NCBI GenBank assembly: GCA_963745235.1
Contig: CAVUXE010000052.1
Location: forward strand, 274,009-338,008
Source of the DNA: an uncultured Spirochaetota bacterium
GTDB lineage: Bacteria > Spirochaetota > Spirochaetia > SZUA-6 > Fen-1364
Direction of reading: 5' to 3'
DNA length: 64,000 nucleotides
Shown: one piece after another, positions 19,284 through 28,544 of the stretch
Layout of the letters: each line of letters begins with the position of its first letter
How positions within the stretch are numbered: the stretch's first letter is position 1
Notes under the pieces: generated by a model
Told to the model about the DNA's origin: nothing
The model's database searches: none
Seen by the model: the letters and a program-made list of their open reading frames with translations, nothing else
Translations under genes and position numbers: made by a program

Positions 19284-20465
19284 GTGATTCCACAGGCTTC
19301 CCGCGCGGCCACAGGCTCACGGCTCTATTTCATCGACAACGTGCGCTGGCTGGTCATTGTGATGGTCGTCTTCATGCACGTTTGCGTCACGTACAGCGGC
19401 ATCGGTTCCTGGTACTACAAGGAAGCCGGCGCCCTGGGCATCGGCGCCGGGCTCGTATTCATGCTCTACGAGAGCTTCTCCCAGGCCTTCTTCATGGGGC
19501 TTCTCTTTCTGATCGGGGGGATCTTCGTTCCCGCGGCCTATGAGCGCAAAGGGTGCGCGCGCTTCATCCGCGACCGCCTCGTACGGCTGGGAGTCCCCAC
19601 GGCAGTCTTCATGCTCGTCCTGGACCCGGGAATCAACCTCATGATGTCGTTGCTGAAGGGCGGCAGCATCAGCCTCTCTGCTGCGCTCTCCCGCTACGCA
19701 CATTTCATCACATCGTTCCAGTTCGTCTCTGCAAGCGGACCCTTGTGGTTCGCCCTGGCCCTGCTTGTTTTCTCGATTGCCTATGCGCTCTCACGGAAGG
19801 CTTTTGAGACGATTCGCGGTGCGCGGCCCCCACGCGCCCGCCGCGGTTCGCCCGTTACCGACGCTCGAGTCTCCGCGGTCGTTGCGGTTATCGCCCTCGG
19901 CTCTTTCCTTGTGCGGATGGTGCAGCCGTTCGGGTCGAGCTGGTTCAACATGCAGCTGGGAAACTTTATGCAGTACATCGTCCTGTTTCTCGTCGGCCTG
20001 TGGGCCGCGAGGACCGACCTGCTGCGCACTCTCCCCTACCAGTTCGGGATGAGCTGGTTCCGCATGGCCCTTGCGGCCGGCGTGCCCGCCTGGTTCATCA
20101 TCGGTGGCCTGGGCGGGGCGATGGGAGGCAACCCCGGGTTCCTCCTGGGCGGATTGCACTGGCAGGCTGCCGCCTATGCCCTGTGGGAATCTTTCTTCTG
20201 CGTCGGGATCTGCCTGGGCCTGATAGTGCTGTATCGGCAGAGGGCGGATGGCCGGGCCCTGGTGAGCGGCTTTCTTTCCGACAATGCTTTCGCCGTCTAC
20301 GTCTTTCACGCGCCGGTGCTCGTGGCCCTCTCCCTGGCGCTGAGGGGCCTCCTGATGGCGCCCCTCGCGAAAGCCGCGATGGTGGGAGTCCTGGCCGTGA
20401 CAGGCAGCTACCTGGCCGCGTGGCTCATCCGGCGGGTCCCCGGCCTGCGAAGGATCTTCTCCTAG
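19284..20465 (+). CDS. Acyltransferase family 3 membrane protein
   Basis: RLYFIDNVR...VVFMH, FFMGLLFLIGG, RLVRLGVP, GPLWF, VYVFH. Confidence 0.9.
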   Translation: MIPQASRAATGSRLYFIDNVRWLVIVMVVFMHVCVTYSGIGSWYYKEAGALGIGAGLVFMLYESFSQAFFMGLLFLIGGIFVPAAYERKGCARFIRDRLVRLGVPTAVFMLVLDPGINLMMSLLKGGSISLSAALSRYAHFITSFQFVSASGPLWFALALLVFSIAYALSRKAFETIRGARPPRARRGSPVTDARVSAVVAVIALGSFLVRMVQPFGSSWFNMQLGNFMQYIVLFLVGLWAARTDLLRTLPYQFGMSWFRMALAAGVPAWFIIGGLGGAMGGNPGFLLGGLHWQAAAYALWESFFCVGICLGLIVLYRQRADGRALVSGFLSDNAFAVYVFHAPVLVALSLALRGLLMAPLAKAAMVGVLAVTGSYLAAWLIRRVPGLRRIFS

Positions 20466-20509
20466 TAATGTTACAGAAATAGCTTGACAATCGCCGCGGG
20501 CGCCAGCGG

Positions 20510-21848
20510 CTACTGGGCAGCCGCCAGCAGCCATCCCACAGCAGCGTTGTAGTCCGGCGTCTTGCCATCCCACTGCGGCACGTTGACATCAGGGCCAAGG
20601 CCCAGCTCGTGCTCATCCGCCCACTCGCGCAGCCAGTCCAGCGTGTCGTCAACCAGCTCGCGCGGCGGCTCGGGCGCGAGCAGCTTGCCGGCAGGCGAGT
20701 GGAAGGCAAAAACGCCCTCGGCTTCGCAGGTTACGGTCCACCCGCCTTCGTGAACCAGGTGATGATGGAGGCTGCACAGCAGGACAACATTGACCAGGCT
20801 GGTTTCCCCGCCGTGCAGCCAGTGCCGGATGTGGTGCCCGTGAAGGAAGGCGGTGTGAGTGCACCCCGGAAAGGCGCAGCCGCGGTCACGCAGCATCAGG
20901 GCGCGACGGATGGCGGGCGGAATACTGCGGGCGCGGCGACCGATGTTCAGTGCCTCCCCATCTCCACCTGTGGCCACCAGGCCGCAATCGCAGGCCACCC
21001 GGCGCAACGTTTCCGCGGAAACGCGGGTTCCGTCCTCCAAGGTGGCCGCCCAAGCACTGTCTGGCCCAAGCACCTCCTGATCCAGGTGAACCATGACCTG
21101 GAAGCGCTCCCCGCCGGTTCCCGTCACGGGATTGCCGGCCAGGAACGACTCGGCGAGCTTCACCGCGCCATCAGCCCGCGAGGGCCAGCACGTTTCCGCG
21201 GAAATGCCGGCGGCTTCAACTGCCTCCGCCTCCCCCCGCGCCGCAGGTACAGGAGGCACGGCAGGTACGGCAGGCGCTCCGGGAGCCTCTGTCTCCAGCG
21301 GCTCTGCCCGGCGGGCGTGCACCTCCCGGGCGCGCTCGATGGCGCGCAGGATCAAATCCGCCTCGTCGGGCTCAAGCACTAACTCCAGCTTGACCATCCC
21401 CCCCGCCAGCAGCCGCTGGCGTACCGAACGCTCCTCCGGCGCCGGCGTCCTTTTCAGAGTCCAGCACCCCTCGATAGCCTCGGCAAAGCCGCTCAAGCTG
21501 CGCCCCGGTTGCGATAAGCGCCATCTCCAGCAGCTTCGCTTCGTTCTCGGGGGTCGCCACCCGAGTGAGCGCGCGGACCTTGGCGTAGGATAGCCTGGCG
21601 GTGCGCAACGATTCGCTGATGGCGGGCAGCCTACCCAGCGCGCGTGCCACCCGTACCTTCTCGCGGGCGGTGGCCAGGTCCCATCCGAGGCGCCACGCCA
21701 GCCAGTGCGCGCAGGACACCGCGCCCTGCTCGTGCCAGCCGCAGGCCTCATCGAAGCGTCGGATGCATTCCAGCAGACGGTGGGCGGCTGCATCCAGGTG
21801 GGCGGACAAGCTGGCGATCTCTTGACCGAGTTCCTCGAGGTTCTCCAT
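20510..21848 (-). CDS. DUF222 + HNH endonuclease (13E12-repeat-like); frameshift near 21445
   Basis: N-half SCAHWLAWRLG...LSYAKVRALTRVA; C-half RDRGCAFPGC...HHIRHW..GGET...LLCSLHHHLVH. Confidence 0.88.
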
Positions 21849-21855
21849 GGCAGGT

Positions 21856-21884
21856 ACTATACATCTGTGTAGTTATCACTGCAA
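21856..21884 (-). promoter_or_regulatory. Sigma70-type promoter of the HNH gene (probably leaderless)
   Basis: TTGCAG-N17-TATAGT, then 7 nt to ATG 21848, no SD. Confidence 0.6.
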
Positions 21885-22013
21885 GTGTTTTTTCGCCCCT
21901 CGGATGCTTGCCGTTTTCCGCCGATAGCTGCATCCAAGTGCTCTCCAAGCTCGCGCGTTGTAAAGAAGCGTTACGTACACCACATTGGCCGGGACCAGAG
22001 GCGCTCTGGATTC

Positions 22014-22370
22014 TTACGCCGTTGCTGATGCCTCGCCCTTTTCTCCGCGCGGTCCCTGTTCACCCCGCGGCCCCGGCTCTCCTCGCGCTCCCTGCGGTCC
22101 CTGCGGACCAACCGGGCCCTGCGGCCCGGCAGGCCCCTGCTCACCTTTCGGGCCCCGTTCTCCCTGCGCCCCGGCCGGACCTTTCTCCCCCTTCTCCCCC
22201 CGCGGCAGACCAAGGGTGAGCATTCCCGTTGCCTCGTCCAGGGTCGCGTACGGCGCCTCCGAAGGGCCAAGGACCGTCACGGTCACGCCGCTCAGCGTCA
22301 CGCCGCGAGCTTTCTTGACCTTGCCCTTTTTCTTGGTCGGGCTGTCCGCCTTGTTCTTGTTCTTCGCCAT
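22014..22370 (-). CDS. Small collagen-like protein with a Lys-rich N-terminus
   Basis: 19 uninterrupted Gly-X-Y triplets (GEK GEK GPA...GEA); GGAGGAAGG SD. Confidence 0.88.
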   Translation of the reverse strand: MAKNKNKADSPTKKKGKVKKARGVTLSGVTVTVLGPSEAPYATLDEATGMLTLGLPRGEKGEKGPAGAQGERGPKGEQGPAGPQGPVGPQGPQGARGEPGPRGEQGPRGEKGEASATA

Positions 22371-22406
22371 GCCTTCCTCCCCACGGCGCTCTCCTGCGCG
22401 TGTCAT

Positions 22407-22441
22407 GCACCATTATGGTGCCGTATCTGTACTAACGTCAA
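22407..22441 (-). promoter_or_regulatory. Promoter of the collagen gene with an inverted repeat over the -10 box
   Basis: TTGACG-N18-CATAAT; GCACCA-N3-TGGTGC at 22407-22421. Confidence 0.55.
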
Positions 22442-22571
22442 GTTTATTTTGCACTCTTTTCTGACATTTTCTGCTATCGAGGTGCACCTGCGGCGGGACA
22501 AAAGGTCCTGCGGGGCCGCAAGACACGGAGCCCCTCGGCGCTCTATCATGGGGCGAGGTGGAGTGCCCGGG

Positions 22572-23294
22572 ATGCCGAAGCTCGAGATCAGCAAGGTCCA
22601 TGACGCCTACGCGCAAGGAGCGGAGTGTCCGCTGTGCACGCTCATGGACGGCGCGGAGCACACGTACCTGGTCTCGTTTCAGCACTCGCGCGTCATGGAG
22701 CCTGACGTCCGCGTCAAGACCAATGCCAGCGGCTTTTGTCCTGACCACCTGGGGAAGCTCTTCCGGGGGGAGAACAAGCTTGGCCTTGGGCTCGTGATGC
22801 TCACCCATATGCAAGGAAAATCCGCCGAGCTTCGCGCAGCGCTGGATGGGCTCGTCGAAGCCGGTCGGAGCGGAGCCAGGGAGCAGACAAGGAAGATTCG
22901 GCAGATCATCGAGTCGCTTGAGGCTCTGCAGGACTCCTGCTTCATCTGCGATCTTCTGGCCCAGGACATGGCCCGGTATTCCTGGACAATCCTGTACCTC
23001 TGGAGCAAGGACAAGCAGTTTCCCGCTGTCTTTCGCGCCTCACGGGGCTTCTGCCTGAGCCACTTCTGCGCTGTCCTGGCCACCGCGCGCGAAGTATTGC
23101 GGGGAGACAGGCTGGAGCTCTGGCTGCAGGACGCAGTCCCCCTGGTGAAAAGAGCCCTGACCGGTCTTGAAGAAGACCTCCTCGCCTTCACCCAGCTTCA
23201 CAGGTCGGAAAATCGAAGCCTCGGAACCGACCAGGTGCGAAGCGCGCTTGCCCGCACCCTGCAGATGCTCTCCGGGCGGATTCAGAGGCAGTAA
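22572..23294 (+). CDS. DUF6062-like protein (duplicated CxxC...CxxH)
   Basis: ECPLC...MEPDVR..TN..GFCPDH and SCFIC...GFCLSHF. Confidence 0.75.
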   Translation: MPKLEISKVHDAYAQGAECPLCTLMDGAEHTYLVSFQHSRVMEPDVRVKTNASGFCPDHLGKLFRGENKLGLGLVMLTHMQGKSAELRAALDGLVEAGRSGAREQTRKIRQIIESLEALQDSCFICDLLAQDMARYSWTILYLWSKDKQFPAVFRASRGFCLSHFCAVLATAREVLRGDRLELWLQDAVPLVKRALTGLEEDLLAFTQLHRSENRSLGTDQVRSALARTLQMLSGRIQRQ

Positions 23295-23303
23295 CAGGCT
23301 CCA

Positions 23304-26300
23304 CTACCTGAAATCGTGGCTTGCGCGCGCCGCTCCCTGTGCCTCGACGAAGTCAGGCTTCCAGAATGACTCGGCGATTATGTGAACCACTCCTTCGGCT
23401 ACCTGGAGCCGGCCGGTGACTCCCAGCAGCCAGTTGGTCAGGATCATGGTCCGGTATTCTTTGAAGACCTTTTCCCAGACCACGAGGTTGGCAAAGCCCG
23501 TCTCGTCTTCCAGCGTCATGAACAGCACCCCTGCGGCGGTCCCCGGCATCTGCCTGCAGATGGCACACCCGGCAAGGGAAACCTTCCGTCCATGCTCCAT
23601 CCTGGCGATGCGCGCCGAGTCAGGGAGTCCCTGTTTTTCCAGGATCTCGCGGAATTGTTCCATGACGTGCCCGCGCGGGCTCTGGTCCGATGCAAGGTAA
23701 TCCCAGTTGACTTCCTCAGCGGCGCTCAGGGGCTGGAAAGAAGGGGACTCTTCGAATCCCTCCACGAGAAGACGCGTGGGACGCTCGGTCTGGTCCAGCA
23801 CTCCCCAAAGAGCATCACGTCGTCCTGTATCGAAGCAATCGAAAGCTCCCACCTCGGCGAGCCGCTCCATGGAGTCGCTGGGGAGCCTGCAGAGAGCCGT
23901 AAAATCCGACAGGGTCAGTGTGCGACCGCCGGCGCATCCGTCAGCGCGCCACGCGTGGATGCGGTCCCAGTCTGCTTCTCCAAGGCCTTTGACGTAGCGC
24001 AGGCCAATGCGAACAGCATAGGGGCGGTCACCTGAGGCCTCGGGCAGGCGTTCCAGCGTGCAGTCCCAATCGCTTTGAAGGATATCGATGGGCAGGAACT
24101 TCACCGAGTGCCGCTTCGAATCATCGATGACCGTTGCTGGAGAGTAGAACCCGAATGGCCAGGCATTCAGAAGAGCGCATGCAAACACGACGGGGTAATG
24201 ATGCTTGACGTATGCAGTGGCATAGGCGATGAGCGCAAAGCTTGCCGCGTGGGACTCCGGGAATCCATACTCGCCGAAGCCGAGGATCTGGCTGAAGACC
24301 CGTTCCGCGAACTCAAGCTCTATTCCTTTGGCAACCATGCGGGATACCAGCCGGTCATGATGTTGCGCGATCCTCCCGCGTTGTTTCCACGCCGCCATGT
24401 CCCGGCGGAGCTGGTCCGCCTCACCGGGCGTGTAGTCCGCCGCCACGATGGCAAGCTTCATCACCTGTTCCTGGAACAAGGGGATCCCAAGCGTCTTCTT
24501 GAGGACCGGCTCCAGACTGGGATGTGGATACGTGACCGCCTCCGTCCCCGCGCGTCTCCTGAGGTAAGGATGGACCATCCCGCCCGTTATCGGTCCTGGT
24601 CGAACCAGGCTGACTTCAATGACCAGATCGTAGTAGCTGCGAGGCTGTAACCGCGGCAGCATGGACATCTGCGCTCGACTCTCGATCTGGAAAACGCCCA
24701 CAGTGTCAGCCCTGCATGTCATGGCAAACACGTCCTTGTCATCAGGCGGGATGGTGGCCAGGGAGAGGTCGGTGTGGTAGTGGCTCTTCAACAGGCGAAA
24801 CGCGTAGTCCAGGTGCGTCAACGCGCCCAGTCCAAGGAGATCCACCTTGAAGAGGTTCATGGTCTCTATGTCCGTCTTGTCCCACTGGATGACCGTGCGG
24901 TCCTGCATGGTGGCATTCTCAATGGGGACGATCGTATCAACGGGTTCGCTGCCCAGAAGGAAACCACCCGGATGAATGGACAGGTGTCGAGGGAAGCCCG
25001 CAATCTCCTTTGTCAGGGCGATGATGTGTCCGAGGACATGCCCGGGAAGGTCGATCCCCGCTTCTTTGAACACCGCGTCAAGGTCTCCATCCCAGTGCGG
25101 AAGAAGCTTGGCGCAGTGGTCCAGAACGATCTCCGGGATGCCGAATGCCTTGCCCACTTCACGGATGGCTGACCGCGTGCGGTAGCGGACCACGTTGGCA
25201 ACCATGGCCGCGCGGTCCCTTCCGTACTTCTGGTACATGTGCTGGATGACTTCCTCCCGCCGGTTGTGCTCGATGTCGAGATCAATATCAGGCGGCTCCG
25301 CCCTCTCCCGGGACAGGAATCTCTCGAAGAGCAGGTTCATCCTCACGGGGTCCACGGACGTCACACCAAGGCAATAACAGACAACGGAGTTTGCGGCAGA
25401 CCCTCTGCCCTGGCAGAGAATGCCCTTCCCCCGGCAGAACCGGACAAGCTCCCACATCGTCAGGAAATACCCGCAGTAGCCCAACTCCTCAATGAGGGAA
25501 AGCTCCTTTTCAAGCAGGGCGCGCGCGCTGCCAGGGACGTCTCCCTGGTATCGATTCCTTGCGCCCTCCAGGGTGATGTGCCTGAGCCACCTTGCCGTGG
25601 TGAAACCCTCTGGGACTGCCTCGTCCGGGTACTTGTAGACGAGCTCTTCAAAGGAGAAGCGGCACCTGTCAGCCACGTCGAGGGAAGCCTTCACCAGCTC
25701 AGGAGATTGGCGGTAGAGGTCCTCGAAATCAGCCGCGGACTTCAGGGCATGTTCGTCGTTTGGATTGAGCTTTGTCTGGGCCTCCCGCAAGGTAGTCCCG
25801 TGCCTGATGCACACGAGGACGTCTTGAAGCTTCCGCCGGTCCGGCACGTGGTAGAGAACTTCCGTGGCTGCGACGAGAGGCAGAGCGAACCTGGCTGCTG
25901 TCTCTCTTGTTGTGCGCTCCCGAGCCACATCATCCACCCATCGATGACGCGAGACAACGGCGAAAAGATCGTTCCCGAATGCCTCCTTGAGCGCGGCGAG
26001 CCCGCATTCGCGCAGGGACGGGCTTGCGGGATCGTTGAGCCACAGGGCGCACAGGCCGGGGGCGCGCTCAGCCACCTCTGTCCAGGAGACTGAGCACGTC
26101 CCCTTCTGATTCCTGAGGTGGCCGCGGGAGATCAGGCGGCACAGGTTGCCATACCCCACCCTGTCCCTGGCCAGCAGGACGACCGAGGAGCCATCATCTA
26201 TGGAGACCTGGGACCCGATGATGAGCCTGACCTTGCTCTGTCGCGCTGCATCGAACGCCCGCACCATCCCGTAGACGCCGTTGCGGTCAGTGATGGCGAT

Positions 26301-26402
26301 GGCCGGCAGCGCGAGCCGGGCTGCGGTTTCAACGAGCTCCTCGGTATGGCTTGCGCCTTCCAGGAACGAGAAGTTGCTCTTGCACCACAACGGGGCGTAC
26401 AT
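23304..26402 (-). CDS. dnaE2: Error-prone DNA polymerase DnaE2 (ImuC)
   Basis: SNFSFLEGAS, GRGSAANS, PPDIDLDIEH, RHLSIHPGG, YGFPESHAASF, TLEDETG; ends ASHDFR (SRDF-like). Confidence 0.96.
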   Translation of the reverse strand: MYAPLWCKSNFSFLEGASHTEELVETAARLALPAIAITDRNGVYGMVRAFDAARQSKVRLIIGSQVSIDDGSSVVLLARDRVGYGNLCRLISRGHLRNQKGTCSVSWTEVAERAPGLCALWLNDPASPSLRECGLAALKEAFGNDLFAVVSRHRWVDDVARERTTRETAARFALPLVAATEVLYHVPDRRKLQDVLVCIRHGTTLREAQTKLNPNDEHALKSAADFEDLYRQSPELVKASLDVADRCRFSFEELVYKYPDEAVPEGFTTARWLRHITLEGARNRYQGDVPGSARALLEKELSLIEELGYCGYFLTMWELVRFCRGKGILCQGRGSAANSVVCYCLGVTSVDPVRMNLLFERFLSRERAEPPDIDLDIEHNRREEVIQHMYQKYGRDRAAMVANVVRYRTRSAIREVGKAFGIPEIVLDHCAKLLPHWDGDLDAVFKEAGIDLPGHVLGHIIALTKEIAGFPRHLSIHPGGFLLGSEPVDTIVPIENATMQDRTVIQWDKTDIETMNLFKVDLLGLGALTHLDYAFRLLKSHYHTDLSLATIPPDDKDVFAMTCRADTVGVFQIESRAQMSMLPRLQPRSYYDLVIEVSLVRPGPITGGMVHPYLRRRAGTEAVTYPHPSLEPVLKKTLGIPLFQEQVMKLAIVAADYTPGEADQLRRDMAAWKQRGRIAQHHDRLVSRMVAKGIELEFAERVFSQILGFGEYGFPESHAASFALIAYATAYVKHHYPVVFACALLNAWPFGFYSPATVIDDSKRHSVKFLPIDILQSDWDCTLERLPEASGDRPYAVRIGLRYVKGLGEADWDRIHAWRADGCAGGRTLTLSDFTALCRLPSDSMERLAEVGAFDCFDTGRRDALWGVLDQTERPTRLLVEGFEESPSFQPLSAAEEVNWDYLASDQSPRGHVMEQFREILEKQGLPDSARIARMEHGRKVSLAGCAICRQMPGTAAGVLFMTLEDETGFANLVVWEKVFKEYRTMILTNWLLGVTGRLQVAEGVVHIIAESFWKPDFVEAQGAARASHDFR

Positions 26403-26414
26403 GAAGTGCCCGCC

Positions 26415-27869
26415 TCAGTCAACGACGCCCTGGATCCAGGACATGCCGGAGAGCCTGTCCTCGAAGAGCCAGAGAGTGCCGGCCGACGATTCCTGGAAGC
26501 AATAGCTGCGATGATAGGGAGCGTCCTCTCCCTCGGTACCCCACCATGAACCGGAGACGACAAAAGCGTGGCTGTCGGCACTGTCCTTCTGAGCAGGTCG
26601 AGCCCGTGCGGGAGTGAAAAGAATCCTTCTCACCGCCTTGAAGCCCCCGGTTCCCTCCGGGCCCCGCGAGGGGAGGATGGGCCGCGAAAGCGGCGCCCAG
26701 GAGAAAGACCTTTCCGGGAGATGGGAGTCGCGGAGCTGTGCGCTGGTCACGGAATCGTTGCCATATCTGGCGCGGATGGCAGCAAATGCCCGGGCGCCCG
26801 CCTGCAGGTCCCGGCCTTTGACGGCAAAGAGCTCCTCCTGTCTGCGAGACGGCCGCGCGCAGGCGCAGCGGATCTCTATGTCGACCACGCCGGATTGGAA
26901 TTGACGGGCCGACAGGCGCAGGTGGATGAGGCGTCGCAGGAGAGGGAGCCTGAGTGTGGGGACGGCCGGGCGGATGACGTCCGTGGAGACATCTCCTTCC
27001 TCCGTGCGGAGGATGAGGGTGAGCCCCGAAATGACCGATTTTTCCGCCTCTACGCGCCCGGCCTCTCCTGCCAGGAGCTCCTCCACGTGAGGCATGAGCA
27101 GGTTCAGATCCACCAGAGGGGCATCCAGACGTCGCCTGCACGGCGTCGACTCCTTCAAAGAAACGGGCTGAATGGGAAGCGGGTCGTCCGAGAGGATGGC
27201 GGCGCGAAGGGATCCCGCGTCTCTTCCGAAGCGCAGGACGGTCTCTCCGGCAGGGAGCGAGACAAACTGTTGCACGGTGCGGACCTCCAGCTTGCGCAGC
27301 GTGCTCTTTGTCCGCTGCGAGAGAGGGAGGATGTCGACGGGAGAACGGCTCATCAACGCCTGCTCATCCGTGGGTGATGCGAACACGCGGGAGCGTGACC
27401 GGGAGCGGGCAATGGCATACGTGCCGAAACGAGTGAACCCGACGACGACATTCACCCGAAAACCTTGCGCGGCCAGCGCATCTTCTACTGACTTGATCCA
27501 GCGGGCCTCCGAGGCAAACAGCGAACGAAGCCCGTCCACCGACACCCAGAAGGCGTCCACATCGAACGAACAGGGCTCTATATCCGGCGTAAAGGCGGAC
27601 AGGAACCTGGCGATGCTCTCTCTGGCTTCGAAGATCTTGTCAGCAGGCACGGCCCGGGCCCGCAGGGCGGGAACGAGAGAAAGGGCGCTTGCGTATCTCA
27701 TTCCGGCGGCCAGCCCCTTTTCCCTGGCTTCCCTGTTCAGGGCGATTATCGGGCTCTGCGGTCTCTCCTCTTTCGTAACCGCGACGGGCGTGCCCACCCA
27801 TGAGGGGTTCTCCCTCAGAAGGATCTGCAGCGGCAGGGCGCGAACGCTAATACATCCCCGAAGGGCCAT
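26415..27869 (-). CDS. imuB: ImuB, inactive Y-family polymerase homolog
   Basis: AREKGLAAGMRYASALSLVP, FTPDIE, C-terminal SGSWW...YHRSY...LWLF..W.IQG; lies between imuA and dnaE2. Confidence 0.88.
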   Translation of the reverse strand: MALRGCISVRALPLQILLRENPSWVGTPVAVTKEERPQSPIIALNREAREKGLAAGMRYASALSLVPALRARAVPADKIFEARESIARFLSAFTPDIEPCSFDVDAFWVSVDGLRSLFASEARWIKSVEDALAAQGFRVNVVVGFTRFGTYAIARSRSRSRVFASPTDEQALMSRSPVDILPLSQRTKSTLRKLEVRTVQQFVSLPAGETVLRFGRDAGSLRAAILSDDPLPIQPVSLKESTPCRRRLDAPLVDLNLLMPHVEELLAGEAGRVEAEKSVISGLTLILRTEEGDVSTDVIRPAVPTLRLPLLRRLIHLRLSARQFQSGVVDIEIRCACARPSRRQEELFAVKGRDLQAGARAFAAIRARYGNDSVTSAQLRDSHLPERSFSWAPLSRPILPSRGPEGTGGFKAVRRILFTPARARPAQKDSADSHAFVVSGSWWGTEGEDAPYHRSYCFQESSAGTLWLFEDRLSGMSWIQGVVD

Positions 27870-28482
27870 TGTACTGCCTTCTCTGCCGGGAGCTTGTATT
27901 CGAGCGCTTGTCTTTGACCGTGGAGATATTCACGACAAAAGGCGAGGCGCCGGACCGGCTAATGCATCCCCGCAGTGAGATTCTGGAGCCAAGGGATGGA
28001 TCATGGGGGGGTTTGCGCGTCAGGAAGACTACCGCACATTGACTGCGCTCCGCGAGCTTCAGAATGCGTCCAAGTGATGCGTCATTGACGTTCCCCTGCC
28101 CCATGATGTCCACGAGGACCAGCCCCATGGCTCCTGACCCGATCAGCCATTCCGCTGCCGTCAGGGATTCGGTCTCCCCGCCCGCCCGGATGACTGCCAG
28201 GGCGGAAAGGTCGATGCCGCGGTCACGAAGATCCGGGGGAAAGAAGATGGAGTCCGTCCCGGCAACCCATGCAACGGGCTCGTTCTGGTCCTGGGCCTCT
28301 GCAATGATCTCCGCTACAAAGCTGACCGCGCCTGACGGCGTCTCTTCAGAGATTTCCGCAAGGACCCCGACCAGGTTCTCCAGTCTCCACGATCCCTCGG
28401 TTGGGGATTTTTTCAGTGTTGCTGCCCGGAAGACAGGGATTTCAGCAAGGGACCCCGCTCCCCTGGAACCAGTGGGAATCAC
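27847..28482 (-). CDS. imuA: ImuA, RecA-like mutasome subunit
   Basis: GVLAEIS, VAWV...FFPPDL...GIDL, SGAMGLVLVD, SLGSRISLR; start placed at GTG 28482 from promoter spacing. Confidence 0.8.
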   Translation of the reverse strand: MIPTGSRGAGSLAEIPVFRAATLKKSPTEGSWRLENLVGVLAEISEETPSGAVSFVAEIIAEAQDQNEPVAWVAGTDSIFFPPDLRDRGIDLSALAVIRAGGETESLTAAEWLIGSGAMGLVLVDIMGQGNVNDASLGRILKLAERSQCAVVFLTRKPPHDPSLGSRISLRGCISRSGASPFVVNISTVKDKRSNTSSRQRRQYNGPSGMY

Positions 28483-28488
28483 ATGGAT

Positions 28489-28538
28489 AGGGTAACATCC
28501 GTTAAGTAGTTCGTCAATACGCTGCGACAAGATATAGT
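28489..28538. promoter_or_regulatory. Back-to-back promoters of imuA and srkA with a palindromic operator
   Basis: Minus strand TTGACG(28517)-N17-TACCCT(28489); plus strand TATAGT 28533-28538; TAAC-ATCC-GTTA at 28493-28504. Confidence 0.6.
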
Positions 28539-28544
28539 AAGCGC

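Noticed and set aside
20466-21985. Terminal inverted repeats or target duplication around the HNH gene
   Set aside because: Only weak AT-rich similarity at the flanks; no convincing element ends and no transposase.
22030-22205. Repetitive DNA as a CRISPR array or VNTR
   Set aside because: The 9-bp periodicity is explained by Gly-X-Y collagen codons; no repeat-spacer structure or cas genes.
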